Virus record (IMG/VR): IMGVR_UViG_3300046744_000381
Coordinates: 1-64,000 of that record
Length of the DNA: 64,000 bases
Direction: 5' to 3' (one strand)
Source: a virus
Below, in pieces: positions 27,605-37,989 of the stretch (position 1 is its first letter; each line of letters starts with the position of its first letter). Position numbers and translations under genes: made by a program. The notes under the pieces were generated by a model. The model made no database searches, had not been told where the DNA came from, and worked only from the letters and a program-made list of their open reading frames with translations.

Positions 27605-29539
27605 ATGAGCGAGAAAGAGTATATTGTAACACTAAAATCGGGTGTAGATTATGCTGCATTCAATACAGAAATGGTTGCCAATACCGGATCAGGTGATATA
27701 CCAAACAGGACAGTAGATGTTGCAAATGCAAGACCGGGTAGCCAAAGAAATACACATTACGCATTAACAGATGCAGAAGCAACAACACTACGTAGTGATA
27801 ATAGAGTTGTTGATGTGCAAATTCCTCCCCAAGATAGAGACGATATTGATATAGGATTAAATGCAGTACAAAATAGTACTAATTGGACCAAAAGCACAAG
27901 TTCAGGTGCGTCAGCAGACTTGAATTGGGGCCTTATTAGATGTGCAAACCCAACTGATATCTTTAATCAAACAGGTACTATTACCGGTGATTTTAAATAT
28001 ACATTAACAGGAAAAGGTGTAGATGTTGTAATACAAGACAGCGGCTTACAAGTTGACCATCCCGAGTTTACTGACAGTGCAGGTTTAAGCAGAGTAAACC
28101 AAATTAATTGGTACACAGAAAGCGGACTTGCTGGCACTCAAAATGCAAATTTTAACAGAGATTATGACGGTCACGGTTCGCATTGTGGCGGAACAGTCGC
28201 AGGACGCACACAAGGATGGGCAAGAGATGCTCAAATTTATTCTATGAAAGTTAACGGATTAGAAGGCACAGGCGACAGCGGAACTGGAATTAGTGTAAGT
28301 GATTGTTTTGATACCATTAAGTTATGGCATAGAAATAAACCAATCGACCCGAAGACTGGATATAAGCGTCCAACAATTGTGAATGCAAGTTGGGGGTATG
28401 GCGGAAATAGATCTAGTACCCCGACAGGCGGTGTGTATTTAGGTAACAGCTGGAGTTGGGCAGACTATGGTAGCAGTAGTAACAATGCCTGGGCTAACGT
28501 TGGTGTTGTTCCTGTACTAGGGTTAACAAGACGTATAAATGTACGGGTTGCTAGTGTAGATGCAGATATACAAGAATGTATAGATGAAGGCATAGTTTTT
28601 TGTGTAGCATCAGGAAACAGTTACTATTACATTGATATTGCTACTGGTCCACATTATGATGATACTTGTGACTTTGGTAGCGGTCAAGAAGCAATATTTA
28701 GAGGTAGTTCTCCATTTAGCGAAGACGCATTTATAGTAGGCAATATGGATGTTACATATACTAATAACTTAGAGCAAAAAGCAGAATCTAGTTGTGCAGG
28801 ACCTGGCGTCAACATATATGCTCCAGGTACAGAAATAATTAGTATAGGTTCAACGGATAACGGTGGTACAAGTGCAAAATATAGTACATATGGCGGACCA
28901 GATTCACCATTAGATAGCAATTACAAATTAATGAAAATATCAGGTACAAGTATGGCAGCTCCTCAAGTAGCAGGTATGATTGCCTGTCTAGCAGAAGCTA
29001 ATCCCGGAATGACTCCTGCACAATTTAAATCATATATAGAAGCAAACGCTAAACAAGATTTAATTAACACTGATAAAACTACTATTGCTTCTTATGCAAT
29101 CACTGCTACAAACAGTGGAGCAAGTGCATATGTGATGAGTGGAACAGATAGAAATGGTAGTGTATCAGGTAATAATGATAGTATAGCAATACAGGTAGGC
29201 GATACATTGACTATAACTAATAATGCCGGTGTTTCACATCCATTATACATAAAAGACGCTGCAACTACAGGCACAGGCGATCAAGTTAGTACGCCAGCTG
29301 CAACAGGTCAAGGATCTTATGGCGGTAATGGTGTACAATGGACACCGACATTACCAGGAACTTATTATTATATTTGTGGCAGCCATAGTTCTATGCAAGG
29401 AACTATCACTGTTGCTCCAGAAATAAATTTTGATAATCAAGATAGCATTTGGGATGGCCCAAGTAGAGTTTTACATAGTCCGCTTTGGAATGACGGTAAG
29501 CCTTTTACAAGTAATATTTCAGGAAACTTTGGTATATAG
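27605..29539 (+). CDS. S8 subtilisin-like protease with a C-terminal cupredoxin-like domain
   Basis: Catalytic triad in VVIQDSG, GHGSHCGG and SGTSMAAP. Copper-site pattern SHP...GTYYYICGSHSSMQGTITV. Confidence 0.9.
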   Translation: MSEKEYIVTLKSGVDYAAFNTEMVANTGSGDIPNRTVDVANARPGSQRNTHYALTDAEATTLRSDNRVVDVQIPPQDRDDIDIGLNAVQNSTNWTKSTSSGASADLNWGLIRCANPTDIFNQTGTITGDFKYTLTGKGVDVVIQDSGLQVDHPEFTDSAGLSRVNQINWYTESGLAGTQNANFNRDYDGHGSHCGGTVAGRTQGWARDAQIYSMKVNGLEGTGDSGTGISVSDCFDTIKLWHRNKPIDPKTGYKRPTIVNASWGYGGNRSSTPTGGVYLGNSWSWADYGSSSNNAWANVGVVPVLGLTRRINVRVASVDADIQECIDEGIVFCVASGNSYYYIDIATGPHYDDTCDFGSGQEAIFRGSSPFSEDAFIVGNMDVTYTNNLEQKAESSCAGPGVNIYAPGTEIISIGSTDNGGTSAKYSTYGGPDSPLDSNYKLMKISGTSMAAPQVAGMIACLAEANPGMTPAQFKSYIEANAKQDLINTDKTTIASYAITATNSGASAYVMSGTDRNGSVSGNNDSIAIQVGDTLTITNNAGVSHPLYIKDAATTGTGDQVSTPAATGQGSYGGNGVQWTPTLPGTYYYICGSHSSMQGTITVAPEINFDNQDSIWDGPSRVLHSPLWNDGKPFTSNISGNFGI

Positions 29540-29568
29540 TTGACATATAACTAAAATAGTGTTATAAT
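29540..29568 (+). promoter_or_regulatory. consensus sigma70 promoter, leaderless
   Basis: TTGACA-17-TATAAT, with the ATG 5 nt downstream. Confidence 0.8.
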
Positions 29569-29573
29569 TTATT

Positions 29574-30191
29574 ATGGTCTTTATTTACGGATATATATGG
29601 TATTTGTTTGCGGCGTTAGTAGGAATAAGTATAGGATATCATAGATACTTTACACACAATACATTTAAAACAAATAGTATTGTAGAAATAATAATGTTAG
29701 TTTTAGGATTAATCTGCGGCGGTCGTAGTGCATTAACTTGGGCTGCTGTTCATCGAATGCATCACGCAAAATCAGATACTTTGCTAGATCCGCATAGCCC
29801 AAAATATCAAGGTGCTTGGAAAGTTTTGACTAGTAATTGGAAAGTAGAATATATACCTCGTAAATATATTACTAATTTATTAAAAAATCCACGTATAGTT
29901 TGGTTTCATAAAAACGGAAAATATTTACACTTATTAATTACACTTATTACAATTATTATAAGTGTAAAATTATTTTTTGTAATTGTTTTTGTTCCGTTTG
30001 TTTTATCTTGGCTGGGCTTCGGAATGTTGAATTATTTTGCCCACAAAGACGGAGAACCGCAAAATATTCCTGTGCTTAATTTAATTGCACCAGGCGAAGG
30101 ATGGCATTTAAACCATCATAAGCAACCGAAATCATATAAATTACACAAATACGATATAGCAGGAGTAGTTATTGAAAGATTTTTTACTTAA
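29574..30191 (+). CDS. membrane fatty acid desaturase (delta-9 type)
   Basis: His boxes GYHRYFTH, HRMHH and GEGWHLNHH, with transmembrane segments. Confidence 0.9.
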   Translation: MVFIYGYIWYLFAALVGISIGYHRYFTHNTFKTNSIVEIIMLVLGLICGGRSALTWAAVHRMHHAKSDTLLDPHSPKYQGAWKVLTSNWKVEYIPRKYITNLLKNPRIVWFHKNGKYLHLLITLITIIISVKLFFVIVFVPFVLSWLGFGMLNYFAHKDGEPQNIPVLNLIAPGEGWHLNHHKQPKSYKLHKYDIAGVVIERFFT

Positions 30192-30927
30192 ACAAAGTTT
30201 AGCAATTAGAACTCCAGTCCTGCCAGAAGTAGAAAAAGTTGTGAATTCTGTTACTTTGGATTTACACAGTATCTCTCCTTACAAAACAGATATAATCAAA
30301 TGGTTACGTCCCATTATAAATTTAGAAGGATATAGTGTATATCCTATGAACGGATGTACAGAAGGACTGAACTGGTGGTATAATCAGGAGTACAGAGGTG
30401 TACATATGGAACAAGGTGATTATCAGTGGATTAAACCGACCGATCGATATGGCAAGATAGTATACTTGAGCGTCCCTAGTGCAATTAACGGAAATTATAG
30501 AGAATTACCAATTGATGTTCCAATAGCACTAGATATAGCGTATGTTGGAAGCACTAAGATACAACATATACGCAAATTAGACAATGTTGAGTATGTTTTC
30601 TTTAGTTTGTCAAAAGCGTTCGGTTTACGCAATGTCCGAACAGGTTGGATATTTACAAAAACTCCGGATGAAAGATTAGAATCATTAACACACAGTGCAA
30701 AATATTATAATTATTATGCGCACAATATAGCAGAAAATGTAATAAGTAATTTTGATATTGACTATATACATAGTAAGTTATATAATAAACAAAAAGCAAT
30801 TTGTGAAGAATTAGATTTTGTACCAAGCGATAGTGTGTGGCTTGCTACAACTAAAAATAAAGAATACGCAAAATTTATGCGTGATGGAAAAACAGCAAGA
30901 ATATGCCTTGCAGAAAGTATAAAATGA
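30172..30927 (+). CDS. minimal PLP-dependent aminotransferase-like enzyme
   Basis: LDIAY and FFSLSKAFGLRNVRTG form a fold-I PLP lysine motif. Confidence 0.7.
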   Translation: MKDFLLKQSLAIRTPVLPEVEKVVNSVTLDLHSISPYKTDIIKWLRPIINLEGYSVYPMNGCTEGLNWWYNQEYRGVHMEQGDYQWIKPTDRYGKIVYLSVPSAINGNYRELPIDVPIALDIAYVGSTKIQHIRKLDNVEYVFFSLSKAFGLRNVRTGWIFTKTPDERLESLTHSAKYYNYYAHNIAENVISNFDIDYIHSKLYNKQKAICEELDFVPSDSVWLATTKNKEYAKFMRDGKTARICLAESIK

Positions 30928-31535
30928 AGAAACACGATTTACCGACAATTGCCAATTTAGGTTTGGATATTGATTTGCCGAGATTGCAAATGGAATGTGA
31001 TAACCTTGCAGAAAAGTTTATTGATGTAAGAAGTGCTAACCCTATGCTTTGTATGAATCACGAAGAATTAGTTAAAGATGTTTATGACAACTTTGAACAA
31101 ATTAATCTTACAGAACCAAGTGAAATACTGCCGTATGAACCTAGTATTAAAAAGCGTTTACAGCGTAGAGAAGAACACTTGTACAATGTACCAACAGATG
31201 CTTACAATGACAGTTATATCCAAACTATTGTAGAACAATGTAAAGCGCCTGCAAGCCGTGTACGCATCACTAAACTTGCTCCGGGTAAAGAGATACCTTT
31301 TCACGTAGACTACGATGTAGGGTACGCTGTGCGCTGCATATGCCCCATTTATAGTGATAATATGGTAATTAATAAATTTAAACGTAATGGCGAAGTAGAA
31401 GAATACGTGTTAGAAGCAGGTAATGCATACTTTTTAAACATTGGTTATCCTCACGCTGTTTACAATAACAGCGATAAGCCTCGTATTGCATTAATGTTTA
31501 GTTTAGACGGAACTGGCGATTTAGAACATTTATGA
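30924..31535 (+). CDS. 2OG-Fe(II) oxygenase, AspH-like
   Basis: RVRITKLAPG, FHVD, PHAVYN and PRIAL. Confidence 0.8.
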   Translation: MKKHDLPTIANLGLDIDLPRLQMECDNLAEKFIDVRSANPMLCMNHEELVKDVYDNFEQINLTEPSEILPYEPSIKKRLQRREEHLYNVPTDAYNDSYIQTIVEQCKAPASRVRITKLAPGKEIPFHVDYDVGYAVRCICPIYSDNMVINKFKRNGEVEEYVLEAGNAYFLNIGYPHAVYNNSDKPRIALMFSLDGTGDLEHL

Positions 31536-32170
31536 TAATTGGACTTGTGCCTGTTGGCGGTGATGCAACTAGATTAAACATTCCTTACAGTAAAGCAATG
31601 CTTCCACAAAAAGGGTTTGATTACTACAATCCTGTGATAAATCATTGTGTCCAAAATTTAATCAATACTGGTGTAGATAAAATTATTTTTGGACACGGTT
31701 GTGTCTTTAAACAAGATATACTTGCATATTATCAAAATAATATTTTTTGTCATTTATTAGAACAAAAAGGTCCTAGTGACGGCGGTAATAGATTTATTAA
31801 TAATGTATTTGAAAATTTTCCTGCCAAAGATTTTATTTTTTGCTTACCTGATACTATTACCACCGCTACACATTATAAAGATTTACTAATAAAAGATATT
31901 GTGGTTTGCGGAATGTATGACATTCCAAACTTTACAAAGGCCGACCGTCTTTTGAATAACGGAGAGTTTGATGTTAAAGCTTTAAAAAAGCAAACAAATA
32001 GTAATACAGGTTGGGGTACAATTAAATTTACCAAAACATCTTTACAAAATAAAATAACAAAAGAAATAGGTTGTTGGCTAAATGAACAAAAGTTTCAAAC
32101 AGTAACTAAAGGAAAAATGATAGATATAGGCACGTGGAAAGGCTACAATTATTATTTAAATAAATTTTAA
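31532..32170 (+). CDS. sugar nucleotidyltransferase-like protein
   Basis: LVPVGGDATRL...KAMLP, LPD and DIGT. Confidence 0.75.
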   Translation: MIIGLVPVGGDATRLNIPYSKAMLPQKGFDYYNPVINHCVQNLINTGVDKIIFGHGCVFKQDILAYYQNNIFCHLLEQKGPSDGGNRFINNVFENFPAKDFIFCLPDTITTATHYKDLLIKDIVVCGMYDIPNFTKADRLLNNGEFDVKALKKQTNSNTGWGTIKFTKTSLQNKITKEIGCWLNEQKFQTVTKGKMIDIGTWKGYNYYLNKF

Positions 32171-33217
32171 AGGCTCTATCCATTTGTATAGTGATTTTTT
32201 AGATAGTAAGTATTCTTTATTATATCTCAATGTATCTACATCCAACTCTATCCAATTATTTTGTTTCATCCTTTCGCAAGCACTTGTTATTTCTTTTAGT
32301 AGTAATTGTAATCTTACACTGTGATCTTTTTCAATGTCAAATTGCAAATCAAAATATTTGTCATACAATTTAAATCCCATTTCTTTTAAGTAGTGATTAA
32401 CACCAGGCTGCCCCCAAATTATTATAGGACGTTCATATAACATACTTTTCCATACTTTTTCTGTAATATAAAAACCAAAATCATCAATGCTAGTATCTTG
32501 TACTAAAATAAATTTATATTCAGACAAAAAATTACTAGAACTTTCTGTCCATTTTATTGCTTGGCTATGATTTGTAAAATCTTTTCTATCCATTACAAAA
32601 TCTTTGTTTAACACATTATGTGTATAATCTATTTTGTATTTTTTACATTGTTCTTGCATAGTTATATCGTCAATTTTAGATTGACTTAAATCTACAGGAA
32701 GTTGCCTAGAAACTAATTCGTAATTCATAACATTACGATACTCTCTTGGAAACCTACTAAAAGTAGCAAATTTATCATACTTAATTTTTGATACAACAAC
32801 ACTGCTATTGATAGATTGCGCCATTTGTATAAAAACAGGAAATGGATAAGTTTTAATTTTGTTTTTATACAAGTTACGGTTAAACCAATTAGTATAATTT
32901 TCGTATTCTTTATTTAGATTTGCCGTTAAAAGTATAACATTTAATTCAGGCACCTCATACTTTATACAGTCGTTATGAATTATTTCATATAGTTTTTCTA
33001 TGCCAAAACTTATCCAACTACAATCTAAAATTAATTTAGTTTCTTTGGCTCTTTTTAATTCATCTGATGTTAATTCACAAAACATATCACCATCGTGTTC
33101 CCAAAAATCATTAAGAGATTTACAAACATATTTTTTTAAAAACTGTAAACTGTCTAACCAATCTCGGTTATAACTCAAACCATCTGCTAATATGGTATCA
33201 GGAATAGGATAATTCAT
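32156..33217 (-). CDS. putative glycosyltransferase (GT10-like C-terminus)
   Basis: FYITEKVWKSM...PIIIWG...LKEMGFKLY. Paralogue of 58878..59957. Confidence 0.55.
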   Translation of the reverse strand: MNYPIPDTILADGLSYNRDWLDSLQFLKKYVCKSLNDFWEHDGDMFCELTSDELKRAKETKLILDCSWISFGIEKLYEIIHNDCIKYEVPELNVILLTANLNKEYENYTNWFNRNLYKNKIKTYPFPVFIQMAQSINSSVVVSKIKYDKFATFSRFPREYRNVMNYELVSRQLPVDLSQSKIDDITMQEQCKKYKIDYTHNVLNKDFVMDRKDFTNHSQAIKWTESSSNFLSEYKFILVQDTSIDDFGFYITEKVWKSMLYERPIIIWGQPGVNHYLKEMGFKLYDKYFDLQFDIEKDHSVRLQLLLKEITSACERMKQNNWIELDVDTLRYNKEYLLSKKSLYKWIEPLKFI

Positions 33218-33228
33218 AAAATATTTAG

Positions 33229-33257
33229 TTGACGTTTGGTTAAATATATGTTATTAT
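33229..33257 (+). promoter_or_regulatory. sigma70-type promoter, leaderless
   Basis: TTGACG-17-TATTAT, ATG at 33263. Confidence 0.6.
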
Positions 33258-33262
33258 GGCAT

Positions 33263-33922
33263 ATGTCAAATGTAGAAACAGATGTAAATTTGGAAATAAA
33301 AGTGTACGAAAACATAAACGTTAGAGAATACAATCCATCTGATAGAGATATAATTGAAAAATTTAGGATGTTAGCTAAACGTGACGGCAATGAAGCACTT
33401 GCCGGCGACAAATACGACCCTGACACAGTAAATGGACAAACTTGGATGACATTTGTAGAGGACGAGCTTGCAAGTGTAAGTGTCGTCGAACGTAGTCATT
33501 ACACAGGAGATCCAAAAATTGCAGGACGTATTTGTAGATATCATATTTTAAAAAAGTTTAGGCATAGTAATGCTGGGTTTCGTATGTTGCCAAATCAAGT
33601 ACAATGGGCAAAGGACAATGGACTAAAAGTATTATACTGGACACACGATGTAAACAACAAAGCATTAAATGCAATGTATCAAGGTAAAAAACGTATGGGT
33701 ATGCGAGGCGAATCTGTTCCGTATTTTATGACCGATACTTACCGTGCATTTAAATTACAACCTGATATGATTTTTAAAGTAAGTGAAAAATCTAACTTTT
33801 TACAATATGTATATGCAAACATATTAGATGAAAATTATGTATGGCGACCAGATTACAAAACTATTTTGTACTGTATGCATAATGGCACTATAGACGATTC
33901 AGTAAAAGCTGCTGTTCTATAG
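33263..33922 (+). CDS. GNAT-like acyltransferase
   Basis: CRYHILKKFRHSNAG...WAKDNGLKVLYW. Start trimmed from 33236. Confidence 0.55.
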   Translation: MSNVETDVNLEIKVYENINVREYNPSDRDIIEKFRMLAKRDGNEALAGDKYDPDTVNGQTWMTFVEDELASVSVVERSHYTGDPKIAGRICRYHILKKFRHSNAGFRMLPNQVQWAKDNGLKVLYWTHDVNNKALNAMYQGKKRMGMRGESVPYFMTDTYRAFKLQPDMIFKVSEKSNFLQYVYANILDENYVWRPDYKTILYCMHNGTIDDSVKAAVL

Positions 33923-34724
33923 AATCCTTAATGTAATCTGTTATACAAATTTTTTCACCTACGCTATTAAATGCCCACATCCAAATATCAGCAGGTATTA
34001 AATTGTTATCATTACAATATTTTTCTTGTAAGGGTTTTGCTATTTCTGTAATGTATGTTGCACGAAACTTAGGAAGTATAGTTTTTACAACTTCTGATGC
34101 TGTTGTATTAAAATAATTGTAACTATAGTATTGCCCTATTGGTAAAGTTAGAGTTTGTGGAAGGCTATCGGAAAATACAATACCTGCTCTAAAACCGGCC
34201 ATTAAGAAATTTTTACTTAAACTAAATGCAACTGCATCAAACACATCTAAACTAGTATCTAAAGTATCAAGTGTGCATCCATAAAAAGCACAATCTAAAA
34301 ATATTTTACAATTATTAGTTATACAATGATTTATTAAATTACTAAACCAATTAGTAATACCGCCTTCGTGATTAGGCTGACTTACTAATATGTAACTATT
34401 TGGCAAGATATTATCTATATCAGTTGGAGATATACAATAGTTTTTATATGGATCTAGTATACTGTAATAAAATTTATAATCTGTATCAAAATAATAAAAT
34501 TGATCATATTTACTGTGTATGTGAGCACATTGATGAGTTAGTGCCTCGTGTATACCATTACACATTGCCCACTCTTTTTTATTTTCGCAGCCACTAAAAT
34601 TTTTTATCCAGTCCATCCAATGTTTTTTATATAAAGAAACGTCTGTACCAGAACCTTTATTAACAAGATTAATTTTTTTTAATTCGTCTTTTATTGGTTT
34701 AGGACAAAAACTGTACACCGTCAT
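33888..34724 (-). CDS. minimal PLP-dependent aminotransferase-like enzyme
   Basis: SQPN, FLDCAFY and FSLSKNFLMAGFRAG. Confidence 0.7.
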   Translation of the reverse strand: MTVYSFCPKPIKDELKKINLVNKGSGTDVSLYKKHWMDWIKNFSGCENKKEWAMCNGIHEALTHQCAHIHSKYDQFYYFDTDYKFYYSILDPYKNYCISPTDIDNILPNSYILVSQPNHEGGITNWFSNLINHCITNNCKIFLDCAFYGCTLDTLDTSLDVFDAVAFSLSKNFLMAGFRAGIVFSDSLPQTLTLPIGQYYSYNYFNTTASEVVKTILPKFRATYITEIAKPLQEKYCNDNNLIPADIWMWAFNSVGEKICITDYIKDSIEQQLLLNRL

Positions 34725-35404
34725 ATTATATACTTTCTTTTTGGCAAATCAGGATTAACAAACATAGACAAATCTATATCAAATTTATTATATTCTATAT
34801 AATTATCCAATATGTTGTACATAATTTTATGGTTTGAATTTGTAAAGTGTCCTTTTCTTAGATCTAGTTTTCCTATATTATAATCTGTTTTCCAATATTT
34901 TTGTTCTTTGTCAAAAACATCACACAAGCAAAAATTGTTATCAAAACTGTCTTTAAAACCCGGAATATACAAAATATCTTTACGTAAGTTTTTTATGTAG
35001 TTGAGATATGAAATGTGTTGGAAATTTGAATATTCTGTGTTTTCAATATACTTGTAATAATATAAAGCAGCATCTAATATATCATTCCATCCTTGTTTTG
35101 CAGCATCTTCTTTCCAAAATGTGCTATACTCATAGTTTACAAAGTGTCTAGTCTTATTAGTATCTTTAATTGTTATTCTTCTAGGATGCGTGACTAAAAA
35201 AATAATTTTATCAAATCTCTCGTGTGTTTTTGTAAACTGTTCTGCAGAAAATAAAAGACTAGCACTCCATTCACAAAAGTTTGTTATGTCATATTTTTCA
35301 GAAAGTAATTCCCACCAACTTTGCTTTACAAAAGGATATTGTGAATAGTCTTTTACACCTATAGGGTTTGCACCAAAACTATCACCGTAAATTGCAATTT
35401 TCAT
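34721..35404 (-). CDS. SGNH/GDSL hydrolase-like protein
   Basis: IAIYGDSF and a C-terminal GHFTNSNH. Confidence 0.55.
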   Translation of the reverse strand: MKIAIYGDSFGANPIGVKDYSQYPFVKQSWWELLSEKYDITNFCEWSASLLFSAEQFTKTHERFDKIIFLVTHPRRITIKDTNKTRHFVNYEYSTFWKEDAAKQGWNDILDAALYYYKYIENTEYSNFQHISYLNYIKNLRKDILYIPGFKDSFDNNFCLCDVFDKEQKYWKTDYNIGKLDLRKGHFTNSNHKIMYNILDNYIEYNKFDIDLSMFVNPDLPKRKYII

Positions 35405-36140
35405 TTATAACCTCTGCTGCATTTTTGTGTGTTAACTTTCCAAAATGTAAAAAATCTCTTGCATCATCTAATTTAGGAAAAAAATCACACTTTAAAAGAT
35501 TTGCAGTTTCTTCAAAATAACTTGCTTGATAATAATTTGTTTTAGAACTCCAAAAGTGTTCACAAGCTAATGCTTCAAATTTAAAAAATTGTTGAGAATG
35601 AACAAGATTTTTATTCCATATTTTATACAAAACTTTCATATCATTGTTGTAATTATCCCAATGACTGCCAGACCAAGGTCCTATACGATTAATTTTATCA
35701 TCGGCGTAATATAATAATCTACCATAATCTGTCCATAATTGTATCACAGTATGCGGAATTCCAAAATTTTCAAAAAATTTAAGACTATTATGCCAACTAA
35801 AAATTGTGCTGGTGCCGCTTTGTCCAAGATTTATTACAGGTCTTTTTACAATATCACTCAATTGCTGGCAAATAGTTTCTTCAATAGCTAAAGCTTCTCC
35901 AAAGACTTGACTACAACCAAAAATCACAATAGAGTCTTCCCAATTTATGTCATTCCATTCGGCATCTCTATAAAAGTTAGAATTTAACTTGTAAGAAACT
36001 TCTTTATCATAATAATTCCATTGTGATCCTAATTGTGTTTTATTTTTCTCATAATCAGTTCTTTCTTGAATACTAAGATAATCAGGAAGTAAATTTCTAT
36101 TATAATTTTCAGCAAGAGGACCGTTAAGTAATTTATACAA
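35382..36140 (-). CDS. SGNH-like protein
   Basis: FGCSQVFG, INLGQSGTS and ARDFLHFG. Confidence 0.55.
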   Translation of the reverse strand: MYKLLNGPLAENYNRNLLPDYLSIQERTDYEKNKTQLGSQWNYYDKEVSYKLNSNFYRDAEWNDINWEDSIVIFGCSQVFGEALAIEETICQQLSDIVKRPVINLGQSGTSTIFSWHNSLKFFENFGIPHTVIQLWTDYGRLLYYADDKINRIGPWSGSHWDNYNNDMKVLYKIWNKNLVHSQQFFKFEALACEHFWSSKTNYYQASYFEETANLLKCDFFPKLDDARDFLHFGKLTHKNAAEVINENCNLR

Positions 36141-36675
36141 TTAAATTTCCTTTATCATACAAATCTTTTACTACGTCAAAAGTGTAAGGAGGCATAAAAC
36201 ACACACTAAAATTTATTCTAGGATGTTTGCTTTTTGTATTATCCACCCCGTGAGGAATATTTTTAAAAAGAATAGGATCTTTGTACATTACACTTTCAAT
36301 AATAGAACCATTGTGTTTTTGTTTCCAGTCTTGCCAGTCACCTTCAGATCCTTTCCAATCTGGCATATGATAAAAATCCAGTGTATTGTTTTTATAACTT
36401 TCGCTGCAAGGAATTAAAATTGCACAGGTTCTGCCATTGTCAACGTGAGGTGGCAAATACTCTCCTGCTCTACAGGCAACTAATAATCCCATATAACTCC
36501 AGATTGGCAATAATTGATCTTTTAACCATTGAGGTTCATATTGCTTGTAATACTGTACATATCCTCTATTTTCTTCTTCTGGTGCTATTTCTACCCATCC
36601 TGACTTGTCATCAACCACGGCTTTAATCTCATCATAGTCCACATATAGTTCTTTTAAGAAAACATAATTACTCAT
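36133..36675 (-). CDS. 2OG-Fe(II) oxygenase-like
   Basis: PHVD...PHGVDN...PR. Confidence 0.65.
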   Translation of the reverse strand: MSNYVFLKELYVDYDEIKAVVDDKSGWVEIAPEEENRGYVQYYKQYEPQWLKDQLLPIWSYMGLLVACRAGEYLPPHVDNGRTCAILIPCSESYKNNTLDFYHMPDWKGSEGDWQDWKQKHNGSIIESVMYKDPILFKNIPHGVDNTKSKHPRINFSVCFMPPYTFDVVKDLYDKGNLIV

Positions 36676-37433
36676 TTTCCTAATACCATTTTTTTAATAT
36701 TACACGTACTATCTAAAATATATTTTATTGCGTTTACAATATCTTTATCGTTGACATTTTGTTTCAAGTCAATACAGGTGTAATTTTCATTATTGCCAAT
36801 AAAGATTATAAATTTATCTCTATGCAAATCAGCAATGTGATTTTTGTCTGTAATAATTATAGTAGCATCGTCTAAATTATCGTGTGTGTCAAAAAACTTT
36901 TGCACCATATCATTATTATAATCTTGTCCAATATTATAATCTTGTTTCCACTTTGATATCAAATCATCGTTGCTAATTATATCTATCATATCGCTATAAG
37001 TCCTGTCAATATGAAACAACAAATTGTACCTAGGTTGATCGGTATAATTTACACCGTTGTGTATACTGTCTGCATTTGTGATAACCGGTGTACTATAATA
37101 ATAATCTACTTCTTTCTCGTCAATTTTAAATTTAATCAAGTGCGGATTAGGATCTATTGGTAAGATTAATGTGGCGCCCCTAGTAAAATCACTGTGCCAT
37201 CCTGTTTCGTGCCCCGGTGGTATATAACTAAAGCTGTATGTGCTTGTGTGTAATAATTTATTTTTTATTTTTATTGCTTCTACATTTAAAGGAAATACTA
37301 TATCTTTGTGTTCACTGAATAAAGTTTTACCTCTATCATTTGAGTATAAAGGCCAGTGGGTTATGCTTTGACAACATTCGTGCAAATATTCTTTGTTATA
37401 TTCAATATCAACTGTGACAATGTAATCATCCAT
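36672..37433 (-). CDS. 2OG-Fe(II) oxygenase-like with a C-terminal extension
   Basis: WHSD...IHNGVN...PRYN. Confidence 0.6.
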   Translation of the reverse strand: MDDYIVTVDIEYNKEYLHECCQSITHWPLYSNDRGKTLFSEHKDIVFPLNVEAIKIKNKLLHTSTYSFSYIPPGHETGWHSDFTRGATLILPIDPNPHLIKFKIDEKEVDYYYSTPVITNADSIHNGVNYTDQPRYNLLFHIDRTYSDMIDIISNDDLISKWKQDYNIGQDYNNDMVQKFFDTHDNLDDATIIITDKNHIADLHRDKFIIFIGNNENYTCIDLKQNVNDKDIVNAIKYILDSTCNIKKMVLGK

Positions 37434-37989
37434 TAGTTTTATCCTTTGTTAAAGTAATACTTTCTATACATTCTGGTGCATCAATAATCCATTGTATAAC
37501 ATCGGCAACATATTCTGTATTTAATTTAACTTCGTCAGGATGATATCTATCTACTAAAGGAGTATGCATATGTCCTAAACTGATATATGTACATTTTACA
37601 TTAGGAGTGATATCTTCTCTATTGTGATTAATTGTTTCACATAATCTTTGTAATGCTAATTTTTCAGCACCATAACTAATATATTTTAACCAAGGTTGCT
37701 CTTTATTAATGTGATCACTTATACTACCTATACAAATTAAATGCACAGTCTTTTTATTAGCTTCAAATAATTCATACAACATATGTAATAATCTAACTTG
37801 ACTATAATTATTCATTTTTTCTGTGTAACAATTTAGTATTATCACATCATAGTGAATTGCAACGTGACAAAATTTTATCATTCCTTCATCAGTTGATAAA
37901 TCGTAATTATTAGTTCTACTTGCATAACTGGTATTTTTTATAGCACTTGCTAATCCATATTCGGCATTTCCTGTGGTTAAAATTTTCAT
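37426..37989 (-). CDS. short SDR-like oxidoreductase
   Basis: TTGNAEYGLA, CIGS and YGAEK (YxxxK). Confidence 0.7.
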   Translation of the reverse strand: MKILTTGNAEYGLASAIKNTSYASRTNNYDLSTDEGMIKFCHVAIHYDVIILNCYTEKMNNYSQVRLLHMLYELFEANKKTVHLICIGSISDHINKEQPWLKYISYGAEKLALQRLCETINHNREDITPNVKCTYISLGHMHTPLVDRYHPDEVKLNTEYVADVIQWIIDAPECIESITLTKDKTNG

